From assembly GCF_002571385.2 (NCBI RefSeq), contig NW_019217985.1:383921-447920 (forward strand): 64,000 nt of DNA, written 5' to 3'. How positions within the stretch are numbered: the stretch's first letter is position 1; each line of letters begins with the position of its first letter. The DNA is from Stylophora pistillata. Taxonomy: Eukaryota. Made by a program: the position numbers and the translations under genes. The notes beneath the pieces are model-generated. The model had not been told where the DNA came from. It saw only the letters and a program-made list of their open reading frames with translations, and did no database searches. Of the stretch, positions 1 through 13,698 are shown piece after piece.

Positions 1-143
1 TACACATTGTCAGCGGTATCTACCATGACTACTGAATTATTCCCATAGATATTATTTATACTCATACACATTGTCAGCGGTATCTACCATGACTACTGAA
101 TTATTCCCATAGATATTATTTATACTCATACATATTGTCAGCG
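1..143. repeat. 64-bp tandem repeat, about 2.2 copies
   Basis: Unit TACACATTGTCAGCGGTATC...TTATACTCA starts at 1, 65 and 129 (partial). Confidence 0.9.
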
Positions 144-1250
144 AACCGGACAGTTAGGTGTCGCTAGTCATGCATCTCGTAAAAGCCTTCTACAAAGCCT
201 CAACGACGGTGATCAGTTAATTAACTGGGAAATGAAGTATAATTTTACCGTTGTCAGTTCCTTAAAGTTAGTTCCAATCGAGAGTGAGGCTGCTGACACT
301 AACTGCGCGTGTATCCAATACTGTGCAATACGGATTAAACATCACACCTGAAAATTGTTGATTGACCCTAATTGTACGTGAACAACAACTGAGAAAAGGA
401 TCTAAAATTAGAAAGGGTAAACATGACCTTTCAAAATTTCGCAAATTGCCAATCAAACCGGATACCCGCGGAAGTTCAAAGTTCCGAAACAAATGAATTC
501 AAGTTCTTTCCACAATTAAGCGGTTAACTTCCCTTTGCTTAAGAAATTTTGAGCCCGTTTTCTCTGAAACATCTAACAACATCTAACTTTAACCAAGCCA
601 ACTTAGGTGGAAATTCTGATGACAACTTTGAATGGTGCGCTAAACAAGATTTCAGACATAAACTCCCACGATCCAGTCGATTTGCTGTTTTGTTTCGCAA
701 TGTTCATCTCCCACGCCGTTTCGATTTGGGTTAATTGAAGGGTGAGAGTGCACTTGGCATGGGGAGACGGTAACGGTCTAGTGCATCAGTATCAAGGGAC
801 TGAAAATTTGATCAAATGTTGTATAATAGAGTTAAGAAGGGCACATGCTTTTGCTTTTACAATGATATTTTCATTCACCCACATTGGGATTATCGAGAGA
901 TAACGAGAAAACACGAGACCAAAAAAAAAATTGCGTCGCACGACTGTTAACCGCACAAATTACGCAACTAGTCGCGAAAGCTACAGTAGACTCTTTTGTG
1001 GCTATAGGTCACGCAATGTTTTTGCAACTCTGGATAATATATTTTCCTATTAATTTGCGAGACAGTGTCTGCAATAAGTCATCATTTTCCACACTAAATT
1101 GACAATCGACGTGTAGCAGTGAAATAGTGAATCAATTTCAGTCCATTCAGTTTTCGATCGTGAACGAACCAAACAAGAGTTAAGACCGGAGTAGACAAAT
1201 TGAGTCTCGCCAAACGATAAAAATAAACAAGTTAAACTTATACCACGTAT
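100..1250 (-). pseudogene. Internally deleted paralog of gene A: upstream region, part of intron 3 and the 3' end of exon 4, lacking coding exons 1-3
   Basis: Colinear blocks match the gene A locus: ~100-335 matches ~5840-6070 (TVLDTRA|gttagt vs TALDTRA|gtaagt); ~405-640 matches ~7135-7380; ~670-1040 matches ~9535-9880; ~1200-1245 matches ~10185-10225. Confidence 0.75.
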
Positions 1251-3536
1251 CAGTTAGCAAAAGTCATAAAAAATAGTTCACGTATCAAGGGCTGATAATT
1301 GGGCTCAAGCCTCACTTTGGGAATACACGAGAAGGTGCGAGAAATTTTCCACGATGTGATGAGGGGCATTTGAAAATAACTCTCACCTGAGAACGTTTTG
1401 AAAAAATTGCATCATAATCCAAACTTGTAACCGCCCGTTTTCATGTTTATCGCCGGGCTATTCTTAACTTTCATGTGAGAACCGTGTTTATCATTGTTTA
1501 ATCTTTTGCACTGCTGGATCGACTGAGAAAACTGTATTCGACCTGACTTCCGACATAACGCTAAATCATTAAAACAAAAATTACCAAATTTTTGCTTTCT
1601 TTCCGATCTGGGTCCTAGTTTCCACCAAAAGACAACACACTGAGAATACAAAAAATACGGGCCACATGCTTGTTTTACAATTTAACGAAGATAAAAATAA
1701 TGTTAGATATTGTTGGGAAACAAATTAAAACAATCGCGACTTATAAACAAACTTGATCCAATATTATAAACTATTTCATCGTTTCCATGATATATTTTTT
1801 CGCTTAGTAAAAGTTGGCTTCCTATAAATAAATAGAAACTGTCAACAACACTAGGTGGGATGAAGCGGCACAACAATCAGACAAGTCACGTTCATCTTAC
1901 CCAAGTATGGACTTGAAACATTGCAACGCTGCTGTGTTATCCCTTACATCGAAAACGGACACCGCATTCCCTCGTGTGGTATCAGTCCTTGGATAAGCGT
2001 TATTTTATCATGCAAGAAATTTCAACGGCAGACACAGTTTACATGTCACGGGGTAACCAATTGCTATAGATATAGATACAACCGTCAATAGCTATTATTA
2101 GATGGCAGTCCACGCAAGTCGACTAAGTCAGTTAAATGGATTGGTGTTGATAACAGATAAAAAATCGATAAAAACCACGTGTGACCTTCAAGTAATGCGG
2201 GCGTGCTGTCGTTTTGCAAAACTAATATTGAAATCGTGTAAAAAATTTGAACGGTTTGAAAGCATAGCAACTAGCTGACCTCCGGCAAATATAAGGTGAC
2301 ATCGCTATCAAAGAACTTGTTACTAAGTAACAAGTAACATCTGCAGCAAGAGCTCGAAACGCCGACTTCCGACGTTGATGTGTCGCCGGCATTGTAAGAC
2401 GCATGTGCTGGTATAATGGACTCCTAATCCTAAATATAAATCACTGAACTCGATGATTCCTCCCGCGGGGTTTAGCTTGCACAGCCTATCCCTTGCTACC
2501 GAATTTATTCTCTTTCTCTGTAATAAATATTTTTTTCTTGTTTCAAATATTTTTGAAGATCCGGGGGAATTCAGCTTTTTACCTGCACTAAATTTTCTAA
2601 AGTGTATCATGTATGTTACATGATATGTTCCCCGCTACTGGCGATTTTAGAGAATGTAAAACAAATCAATACACACCGAACTATCATCTGTTTTGTTTCT
2701 TCAAACATACCTGCGTTTTGAGGTTTTGGCTGTATTAGCATAGTAAGGTTTTCGTGACCAGCAGATGGAACATTTCGCAATCCGGAAATCATTTGTTACA
2801 TTGATACGCCCGATTTAGCTGCAACAAAGGTGGTATTCTCAAACTTGTCAAAAGCCACCCCATTGTTCAGGCTAGTATAACAGATCACTGATTCTGTCAT
2901 TATGATTTAATTTAGGAACCATTTTCCTCGATTAACAGACCTGAGGGCATTCTATGATGAAATCGAGGTATTCGATCCCGTGACAGGTAGCAAAAGTGAA
3001 GCATTTTCATCCACTGAGAATTTCAGAACCCTAGTAATCATTAATTTATAGAAAGATGACTTATGCTACTTTTGCCTCCCGAAAAACGAGTATAAACTGT
3101 TCCCTCACCTGAAATTTACTTACGCAAGTTTACAGAACTAATTCGTATTACTTCACATCAACCGCAAAAACTAGCCATTACATAACTTTTGAATAAACTA
3201 TAAGTCTATTTCAACTTCGATAAACTCACACTTAATCGCTCACAACGTTCACGATCAGCAACATTTCGAAAGAAATTGGAACAAAACCGAGCACGGGAAC
3301 TTTCTGACTATCAGTGGTGTCATCACCTTTTTGTAACTCTGAGAAACAGGTAGAAAAAAGTATGAATAAGAATTCTCCATGCTCTAAATCTACAAGATCA
3401 CGTGAATATATCGAGGAAACTATTACAGAATACAACAATCATGAGGCAAAAAAATGCTAGGAAAACGTAAATTGCCGGAGTTGAACTGATCATCGATCGT
3501 CCAATAAGGAATATTTTGACATGATACCTTTTGTTC

Positions 3537-3564
3537 GTTTGTTTGTTTGTTTGTTTGTTTGTTT
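3537..3564. repeat. (GTTT)n microsatellite
   Basis: Seven GTTT units. Confidence 0.9.
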
Positions 3565-4043
3565 TTTAATGCCAAGTTTAGTTCTCTTTCATTGTTGTCC
3601 ATTCGCCCCCTTAAAAAGACCCTAGACTGTCTCTTAAACAGCAATTTAACAAAGCCTGATTCGACTCTATTAATGTTGAGACGGTGCTTGATGATTAATA
3701 AGAAAAATAAAGTATATTCAACGCACTAAAAATCTGTAATAAAACAAGACATTATGGCTTGCACAGTAGTATTTGATGTATTTCGTTTTTCAATATTGTA
3801 AATCTCAAGTTACGTTTGCTAAATTACATGAAAAATATCTCTGCTATGTTACAATTTGAAGTTACCACAAGCGTTAAACATGCTGCCATAAAAAAGGTAT
3901 AAACAAAATGTCAATAAAAAAAAGTTATGATATACAAAATGTACAGTTTATGGTCAGGAGTGTAGACCACATATTTGCCACAAATCTTGAATCCCGTTTC
4001 CTGCCTTACTTTAAAAGGACTTCTGCTATGTTACAACTTGGTC

Positions 4044-4153
4044 CTTACAAAAAGTATTAAACATGTTGTCTAAAGAGGGTATTATATAAACAAAACTTAC
4101 AAAAAGTATTAAACATGTTGTCTAAAGAGGGTATTATATAAACAAAACTTACA
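4044..4153. repeat. 52-bp tandem duplication, probably in the gene A 3' UTR
   Basis: CTTACAAAAAGTATTAAACATG...CAAAA starts at 4044 and 4096. Confidence 0.85.
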
Positions 4154-4339
4154 GTTTATGATCAGATGAGTGGACCACAAATTTGGTACAAACTGGTGTC
4201 ACTTTTAACTTGAACCATTCTTCTGATACCGAGAAGTTCTTTTATACAATACTTACAATCAAGGCAGTATAAAATATATGAGTCAAACATTTCAAACATC
4301 AAAATCGGTGTTCACATTAAGATTCCCCGCAATTGGTCC

Positions 4340-7300
4340 TTAAACGGATAGAGAGGCTTTCCACGAATAATCATCAAACTCGCACTCTTCTAGGTCTCCA
4401 TGACTTAGCTGTCGTTTCATTTTCTTTTTATGTGGCGATTTGATTGCTAATGGCTTTTGGCAAACCCTCTGCATGATGTGAGCTTTTATAGTCGACTTCT
4501 TGCGACGTTCAAAGAAGCAATATCCGCAAGCCCACCAGAATTCACCTTCAATACTTTTGCGTCTTCTTCCTTTGCCGTGCGGGTGGATAAGTGTAGGTTT
4601 CTTTCTCACTAATTTCAACATACCAAGAGTGTCAACTTCCTCTACAACGTAGTCAATTTTTGGATTATGGCTATAATACGCGGTGACCTGAAACGAAATG
4701 AACTTAGCCATTAAGGGTATATATTTCGAAACATATTGAAATATTTTTCGCATCGCATGGAATTGCTACTGATTGGGATGAAATTGTAAAGGTAGTCTGA
4801 AATAGTTTTGTTTTTTTAAACACCACTAATTTGATGAATCGTGACTTTCACATAGGTTTTGGTTTTTTACTTTGAAATAGTTAAAAAAAAAGTGCCTAAT
4901 TATTTCCAAAAAGTTGTGATCATTTTTCTCACAAGAAAGACTATCCTTGCGAGACGAGAGCTCTGTAACTACCAGTTCTGCAACCCCATATTTCATCTCC
5001 AAATTGCAATCACTATGTCAAGATATGGTTTTCTAAAAGTGAATTTTCAAAAATAAAGTTAAAAAAAATCTCCCTATTCTTCAGTTTTACAGTTGATAAA
5101 ACAGTATTATATTTAATGATTTAAAGAGACTGAGCAATACAGGTTACTTCGCTGAGATGTTGCCAGTGTTAAATATCTGTGAAATGGAAATCACAGAGTC
5201 AGCTTATTGAAATATTTAGATACAGAAACCAAAGAAAGTGCACAGGAGTTCTACAAAAAATTTGAAGTTCATTACATCTGATAGAGGATTCGATTTTTTT
5301 AAGGTTAGAGACTCCAAGAGGAACATTAAGAGCAATAAAGAGCAAAGCTATCCAATATATTGAAGCGAAGGGTGGAAAACATGGACACAATAGTCAAACA
5401 AAAAATAATTAATGCCCTGCTTTAATATTCTAAATTTTAATCCAAACAATTTTGATTGTAGACTTACACATTAAAAAGATTATTCACTCCTATATGATCA
5501 TTAGAATCACCATTGAGAAACACAGCTTTAGGTATACATTGTGTATCAGTTCTGTTATGTGGAACTGAAATCTGGAAAAAAATTTCAGAATCAATTGAAT
5601 CTATCCAGGGGCGAGGGTAAAAGTGTCCATTCAGAACCGCAATCTTTCAGAGTAAAGTAAGAGCCCCAACCCATGCAATACTCGGTTACATTCTACTATC
5701 AATTCTCATCAACGCTGATAGAGCACTGTAATTCGTCAAATGGGAAGAGCTCCCTTAAAAAATGCCTGGATACATGTCACTAGTAGGAACCAAACTGAGA
5801 TGAGAAATAGTGGTATCTTTGATGGATGCTGCTTATACCACCATATAACTCCTATACATTTATACTCAGTAACATTTCCAGCAAACTAACTTCTGGGTTT
5901 GCAGATTATGCTTCAAAACAGGCCTTCTACAAAGCCGCAACGACAATGTTCAGTTAACATTTGACTGCTAAGGAATAATTCTACTTTCAGGGTGCCCTGT
6001 CAAGTAAACCAAAATATAGGTGAGGCAGCTCACACTTACCGCACGCGTATCTAAGGCTGTGTTGTTTCGGAGCAAGACCTTCGCAGTAGTAGTATGTCTT
6101 GATATATGGTTGGAATCCTGAGTCATAAATCTCTCAGCAAACGTGTGCTGTGTCGCAAAACCATCTTCGTCCTCTAGAGTAAATTGCACAAAATCCCGAT
6201 TCAAAGCTTCGCGATCTAGACATTCTGAGTGAAAATACATAAAACTCATTACTATTAAATCGGCTCTTATGAAGTCATTGTTACCACAGTTGGATGATTT
6301 TGAATTCTCTGCGACTTTTCCTTGACAAACGTAAAATGTCCTTAATCGACTGAACTAACAATTTTACAAACTAATCCTGATAATGGCATCCAACCATTAC
6401 TTTGTACTTTCAGAAGGTCACATATAGTGTATATAAATTGATAGTGCTCTAAGGTAACATGGTAAGAGAATTGATTCTTGGAAACCCTACATCAGCTAGT
6501 AGTTCAATTTCATTAAAAAATAACATTAATAAGGACTTTCATAGTGTAAATTGGCCACTGTAAAAAGCCCTTCGCTATGACGAATGGGGGAAAGCTCGAA
6601 AAGTCATCTTCAGAGAGTCTCTACGGTGCCAAATTTACATTATCAACCCCATTGTTAAAACCAAATTATCTCAAATGCTAAGCTGGTCAGATATCGGTCA
6701 CTGTACTTAAAAATTAGTATCATCGGCATCATAAAAAGGAAAGTGTCACCCTCTTTCATATCAAATAAATAGATATACAACTTCTTATTTACTTAAACTT
6801 CACTTTTCCCTGCTTTCTTTCAAATATGTAAACTTTCCCAGACTCGAAGTCAAATTCCCTGATTTTCCCTAAACTTAAAGAAATTCACTTTTCCCTGATC
6901 TTTTTTCTGACTTGTGGGATTCACGAAATAGGTAAATAAAAGACATAAGCACTTATAAAAGTCGTATAGAGACCGTTGATTGAGAGTTCGACGATAGCTA
7001 TACTTTGGCCCATTAAGTTGGGTCACTTTGATCAAACGGATTGAAAGGGATTACATATCGTACACCAATGTTAATACTATTATACACGTGTTTAAATTGA
7101 AAAAAAAAACCTTGATGAATTGTCAGACACTACGAAATTAGAAAAGGTAAACGTGACCTTTCAATGTTTCGCAATTGACCGGATACGAGCGGAGGTTCAA
7201 AGTTATGTAACAAATGAATTCTGATCAACATCTTTGCATAGATTAGTGCTTAACTTTCCTTTTCTTGCGAAATGTCTTATCTTTGTTTTCACCTGGAGTT

Positions 7301-9434
7301 CTTAAATAACTCATTTTTAAAATTAATCAAGCCATTCTTATACGGAAATTTCGCGACGGTGTTGAATGAATCGCTATTTCAGTTCTATTGACGACAGCCG
7401 TTACAAAATTCTACCATATTTAGTTTGACCCCATGCGATCATTTGCAGCAGTGTTTAAATTCTTAATAATAGATACTGAAGAGGTATGTATGCAGAATAA
7501 ACGAAGAGAAGAAAAGGCACTCCTAAAAGTTTAGTAAAGTGTTTATAGTACTTCAATCTGTGATGTTTATCAACTCTTGTCTGATTTCTTTTCACAATTT
7601 TTTGAAACATCTCACACAATTTTGACACTTATTTTTTAAATATTCTGACTTATCAAAAAGAAAATTCAAAACTCCTTGTAAACGCTGGTTACAAGGCATT
7701 CGACAACTAACCCTGTCTCATTCCACGATGCCTGGAATGCCTGCTTCTTGAAGACAACTCAGTTACATCGTTGATGTCAGACCACTTAAACTTTCGAATA
7801 ATCCGTTGCATGGTACCACTTTTAGGCAAACAATGACCTATGAGGGAAACCGTTACATCAAATAAAATAATGAACATCACCAGAAGCTTCCCATTACCTG
7901 GGATCGGAAGTTCCTTTTTGACTGATTTAGCTAATCCAAAAGCATACATAGCAAGAGAGCACTATTTTGACCTTACAAAGATTCTTCTTTTAAATAAAAT
8001 GGTGAAAATCTCTTAACAATTCTTCAAGAATAAAAAATAAAGCTTATTCTTGACGGCTGTAACAATCTAAAGCTCTTAGCTCGAAGTGGATAAAGTGTAA
8101 ACCGCCAACAAATGTACCTCATAAGTTAAATAATTACTAACCAACTCCATCCCTCTTCATTTTGAAGCTTGCCTTAGTTGTAACTCTGAATGGCCTTGAT
8201 TTCACCATTCCCCTCAAGCCTGACTTAAATTCCAGGGCTATCAACAGTTCCCATTTGTTTCGGTGAACGACGTCTGCCTTCTCTAGCCTATATACTGTAT
8301 CACCTTCTTGCGTTCTGTACACCGACCCAAGATCAACGGTTGCAAGGTGGTACTTTGCATCGCCTTGTGTAATATTTACTTCTAGCTCCACTGGACCTAT
8401 AGATTCAAACATTTGGCCAATAAGACGGGTGGAACAAGAACCAAATTAACTTCAACAGCGAAACATTGCATCGTCTTGCATAGTATCTACTTCAAATTTC
8501 ACTGAACCTACAGGCTCAAACAATTGCTCAATTTATCAGCGCTGGTTACCCAGTCGAGACTACAACTAAACTGTACATAAACAGTGACAATACCTATCCA
8601 TTCCGGCATTAACAGGATACAAATATCAGTGTTTTACGTATTTTGGGATGCTCGTCTTACCTGTAACATCGCGAGTCTTGATCGCAGCTTCAGCACACCT
8701 TTGAGTGTACGCCCTAAGACCTGTAATTTCATCAGATGCTCGAATCGTTAAGGACACTTTTGAGTCCTCCAAGGAATATTCTAAATGCCCCTTGTTGGTT
8801 TTCTTGGTCTTTTTGTCGTAAACATCTTTCAAATCCGTTATCTGAATTTCTGCTTCCACCTCAAAGGCTTGGCTTTCCATCTGAGTACTGGCCAGCAAGC
8901 TGGCTGGCTCTTCAAGAAATGAACCAAAATGAACAATTTCAAATATGACACGTTGCCCGAGAGAGAGTGATAAATAAGGCAATTGTCGTGTTTTTATGAC
9001 ACGTCAGCAAAGTGTTATCGACTGACTTCCTCATTTATTTTCGAAACATACGCTTGGACAAGGAATTGCGCCTAAGGATTGAGTGCTTCGGGTCAGCGTG
9101 CAAACCTAGAGGAAAAATGGCTGATAGCTAAGTAAATGACGAGAATAAAGATACCACATTTTCCAACTCGCTTAGAGTACGTTCACTAATTGCACTAACA
9201 TGCATCATCATCACAGCATAGTATACGATAGAAATTTATAAACTTATCTTTACCCGGCAAAGGTTCGAGGAGCACAGCATCAGGAGCACCAAGCGTAGAG
9301 CTCAGACTATGTACTTCTTCACCTATAAATGGTTCTGTGTCATTCAAGGGAGCAAATCCTAGTTCAGATTGAATGAACTCGTCAATATCATGTAGTCTTT
9401 CGTCTAAGAACATCTCCATATTGAGGTCGCTCAT
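4340..9434 (-). CDS. Gene A: uncharacterised putative transcription factor, ~405 aa (acidic N-terminus, putative Ig-fold DNA-binding domain, C-terminal C2HC zinc finger). Exons 9434-9254, 8909-8661, 8396-8142, 6224-6040, 4687-4340
   Basis: Five GT-AG exons with consistent phases (1,1,1,0) give an open 1218-nt CDS. It aligns exon-for-exon with gene B (DIDEFIQSELGF, LKDVYDKKTKKT, PFRVTTKAS, WWACGxCFFERRKKSTIKAH, SLSV*). Confidence 0.85.
6570..6670 (+). mobile_element. Degenerate Penelope-like element remnant with decayed minimal hammerhead motif
   Basis: TTCGCTATGACGAA...GCTCGAAAAGTCA followed by TACGGTGCCAAATTTACATTATCAAC; a related copy lies at ~50365-50520. Confidence 0.45.
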
Positions 9435-12434
9435 TGTGGGAAATACTAGCGTTTGAGACGTACTGGATAGTTTGTACTGTATCAAGACCTCGAATATTGT
9501 TCTCGTGTCTGTTAGATGTAAATATATTTATTCCGAACCGGTCGATTTGCGGTTTAGTTTTGCAATGATCATCGCCCACGCTTTCAAATTGAGTGGGCGA
9601 GAGTGCGCGTGACAAGGGGTAACAGTAACGGTCTACTGCTTCAACATTCAGAGAGTGAATGTTGTTCAAACGTTGCAATCAACTGTTAAGAAGAGAATTT
9701 ACTTCTGCTTTTTCCATCGACTGATTATTCCAAGCTCTTTTGGGCGGATGATCAATACATAAAGAGAAGATCGAGACTGAAATATGCGTAGTGCGGAGGC
9801 TGCAGTACAAATTTCGTAAGCGCTCGCGGAAGTAATAATAGATTCAATTATTGGTCACGCGACTTTTTGCAACTCTGGATGAAGAAATCTAGAATTCCAA
9901 ACTGAACTTTTAAAATGGCATAGAATTACAATCACTCGTTCAAAATTACTCTTAAAATTAAACGAATATTTGCAAATTCTTTTTTACTAGATTTGAAAAT
10001 TAAAAAATCGCAACCAAAATATTCTGTCCATTTCTGAACTGAAAATCAAACAATGGCTATCAAATGTTGAACTGAGTCCAGTTTTATTTAATTATGGTTC
10101 ATGCATAACTGCTACATGCATCTTTTGAAAAAGACGAGAAATAAACGGTCTTATGTACGACCGTCTGGGGAAGACAAAAAAAAGTTTGGCGAAACAATAA
10201 AAATAAAAGAATCAGAGTTATAACAATAATCGCCACAGGTCATCATTGAACACTTCATGTATCATTGAGTTTAGGCCTTTAATTGAGAAAACATGACAAT
10301 GAGGGTTAATTATTGCAAGGCTTGATAGCGTGCATTCTATACTAGTTAATCTCACATGCGCAGGACCAGAAGAGTTTCTAAACCCCATCAACCTCCTGAT
10401 TTAATGCCCAATGACCAAATGTTGTTAACTTTCCTGTAGAAGAAGATAACATCATTGTCCATACCTTGTGCGCCCTATAAATCCACCGAAAATAATTGCT
10501 TTCTACGTGACTACCGACCCGAAGGTTTATCATTGCAACATACAGTATCAGATTTGCTCAATTTCCGATGTCAGTTTCTCCCGCTCTAGAACAACACAAA
10601 GAATGGCACTCCTCCCATCATTCTTAGTATTTCGTGCCAACTCCTCCATAAAAAGAAAGTTCTGCGTATCCGCTTTGGGTCAAATTGCTTGAAAACACCA
10701 GCGCTAAAGAGGAAGACGGAGATGGCACGGCTGAATAGTACTCCTTCCTCCGCCCTTCATACCTAAACATTTGTTCATTGCATGCGACAGAAAAACTTCA
10801 TTGCTAAGCGTAGTCCCCACTGCAGAAAGTCCTCAGTAGAAAGTCAGAATGATACGTGAGGAGATTTAGAAAGGGGATCTTGCTTTGGGTGCTTTAATGG
10901 AGCGACAGTGTCAGTAAAGTCGCCCGGTTACGTGGACACCACTTCACTCATTTACTTCTTCCAGACGACGTATGCAAGTACATGTGGATAATACATGGTA
11001 ATGTGTTTACTTTTATGACTGAGCACTAAATATTTTTATCTCTTTAGAGATAGCAGTCGAAAACTAGTACAATCTTACAACTTGATCAAACAGAACCATG
11101 GAAATTATTAGAAAATCAATCTTCTGTTTGGATGACTACTGTTCTCTGTATTCTCTTTACAATGCATAACGATTAGTATGCACCGTTTTGATTCTTCGAT
11201 TCTTATTTTTGCAATCAATTTCATTGCAGGCAAAATAAAAATATATTTGAGTTGAAACTGCTAGTCTTCTAGTATATATTCTTAAGGCGTCCATGGAACT
11301 AGTCACATCATGTTTGCCCTTTGAATAGGATAAATAACGTTACCAAACAGCCAAAGATGATTGTTGGTTACTTTTTCCAAGTCCTTTAGCAGTTAAGTTA
11401 AAGGCGAAAAAAAAGATCTATTTGAAAAATAACTTTACTAAGTTATTCAACAGTTTTTTCTCCAGGATTCTTGGCCGGAGTTGTCACGTTGAGTGATCGC
11501 GTTACTTTGGTCTTTGGATGAAGGAAATCACGTTTTTCACGTCAATCGACGCGTGAATCGTGACCTAATGAAATTAGGAATGAAGTTTAATTTTCCACGA
11601 AGCTTTTGGAAAAAGAAACTCGATGAAATTGAAGGCTTTTGAAATACATGCAGCATTCTGAAGATATAAAAATTTCCTTGGGAAACACTGAATAGTTCTG
11701 AAAAAAGGATATGGATCTCCGGGTATAATTTTGATCCATGGGTTCACTTGTGCTTGACATTTGAAATTAGAGTTAAGACCTACCGCAGTTCCTATAGCAA
11801 CATGATAGTGCGCTTCCTTCTTTATCAGCAATAGAACGATTATCCTAAGATTTTATCGCTGAGAAGATTTCTCAATAACGTCATATGAGATATAATGTAA
11901 ACAGAAATTCAAGAAAAGCACGTACACTCATATCCAACGAAGACTTTCTGCAAACGAGGCAAATTTTTTTGAAAGAAATAACTCAGGCATTCCAGTGCAA
12001 TTTGTCGTTGGTTTTCATCGCCTTTTTATGCCACATATCACGCGTGTTCATTAGTCCTTTGATCTCTGGTGTAATGAATGGATTAGGCCTTGAATTTATT
12101 TGGGGCGTATTCGCAGCATAATAATAGTAAAACTCCTATGAATTCACTCTTCTAAAAGCATCTGAGACTCATAAAAGAATTTTTTAGACTTTATCCACCG
12201 TTTAAGACGACCCTTTCTATCTCTCAGATATATCCACAACACCATTACCTTCACCAATGATTCAGTTGTCAGCTCTACTCCGTAACCATGGTGACTGTTG
12301 ACCAGAGACGCCATAGCTCAGATTTGGGAGATGTTCTTTAAATTAACTTTACCTCCAGTCTAGCAGGTTAGCGAAGAGAAAATAACTCGAACTAGAAATT
12401 TTTCCATCTCCGAGAGTCGTCTCGAAGAGCTGGC

Positions 12435-12585
12435 ATCACGTGTGGGTTCAGTTTGTTGTTGGTTCTCATCCTTGGTTCAGTGGCTTTTCTCCAGGTCCTC
12501 CAGTTTTCCTCCCTTCCACAAAAACCAACATTACAAATTCCGATTCGACCAGGAAACAGTGGACAAGAAGAACCACGACATTGAA
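12435..12585 (+). mobile_element. 5'-truncated SINE-like fragment
   Basis: GTGGGTTCAGTTTGTTGTTGGTTCTC...TTTTCTCCAGGTCCTCCAGTTTTCCTCCCTTCCACAAAAACCAAC...AAATTCCGATTCGACC resembles a common cnidarian SINE body. Confidence 0.6.
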
Positions 12586-12620
12586 TAACCACTGTGTGAT
12601 CCACGTGATCCACGTGTGTC

Positions 12621-12854
12621 ATGGCGGTCGGTCGTCCATTTCGACGCTCCGTTCTCTCATGTTTTATATTGGGTTTACTTCTCCTATACTGCGGAATAGC
12701 GGCTGATTTAGGCCAATCTTCGTCGAGAATTAGTTATTATCCTAACTCCGTTGCAAGATATCAAATAATTCTTCTCCAGTTGAGCGGCGATATAAACCCG
12801 AATCCTGGTCCAAATGGTAACCAACAGCATAATGGAATAGTAAAACTCCTATGA
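12621..12854 (+). mobile_element. Non-LTR retrotransposon N-terminal fragment with a 2A-like motif (LLQLSGDINPNPGP)
   Basis: Short ORF with a hydrophobic leader followed by GDINPNPGP. 2A-like GD[IV]xxNPGP motifs are known in APE-type LINEs of marine invertebrates. Confidence 0.6.
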
Positions 12855-13698
12855 ATTCACTCTTCTAAAAGCATCTGAGACTCATAAAAGAATTTTTTAG
12901 ACTTTATCCACCGTTTAAGACGACCCTTTCTATCTCTCAGATATATCCACAACACCATTACCTTCACCAATGATTCAGTTGTCAGCTCTACTCCGTAACC
13001 ATGGTGACTGTTGACCAGAGACGCCATAGCTCAGATTTGGGAGATGTTCTTTAAATTAACTTTACCTCCAGTCTAGCAGGTTAGCGAAGAGAAAATAACT
13101 CGAACTAGAAATTTTTCCATCTCCGAGAGTCGTCTCATTCAACGAGTCAAATGGGCGAAAGAGTTTTTTCAAGCCCACAATTGTTGTTCAAGCGATCTAA
13201 AAGGAGTTTGTGCTGTTTTCTATTCTAACGGTTAAAGTTAATCACAGTTCGAAACAGTTCCGACCCGTTAAGATCGCTAAGAACTTACGACACCAGTTTC
13301 CCCTTCTTTCCCTGGCTTTAAGTTTAATTTCTCACAATCGCGAGAACCGTTTTACGAAATGGCTTGTTGGTTTCTGAAAAATTTCCTCGCGCTTATTTAT
13401 TCCAAATTGCACGAATTCGTGTGATTTCCTACAATCACATTTGATGCAGCTATTCATCAATAATAATTTACCCCGGCAGCATTGTTGTTCACTCGGGCAA
13501 TACTCCGCGGTTAGATTAAAGACAAAGTTAATCACGAGCAAACTCAAATAACATATGCAACTTAACGATATATGTCACGTGGCTGCATTAATATTCATAC
13601 AAGTTGTTCCATCTGATAGTTCGACTCTGTGCTTTAAGGCAAAAAATCCTCAAACTTTCAAAGCAAAGTCTTGGAATTCAACTGAAAAAGAAGCACTA

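Larger units (their letters stand above)
12123..13136 (+). repeat. Two apparently identical 301-bp direct repeats (12123-12423, 12836-13136) flanking a SINE fragment and a LINE-like 2A ORF
   Basis: Block AATAGTAAAACTCCTATG...GAGAGTCGTCTC recurs at an offset of 713. Confidence 0.9.

Noticed and set aside
7707-7949. 80-aa ORF in gene A intron 3 as an extra exon
   Set aside because: No counterpart in gene B, and the model is in frame without it.
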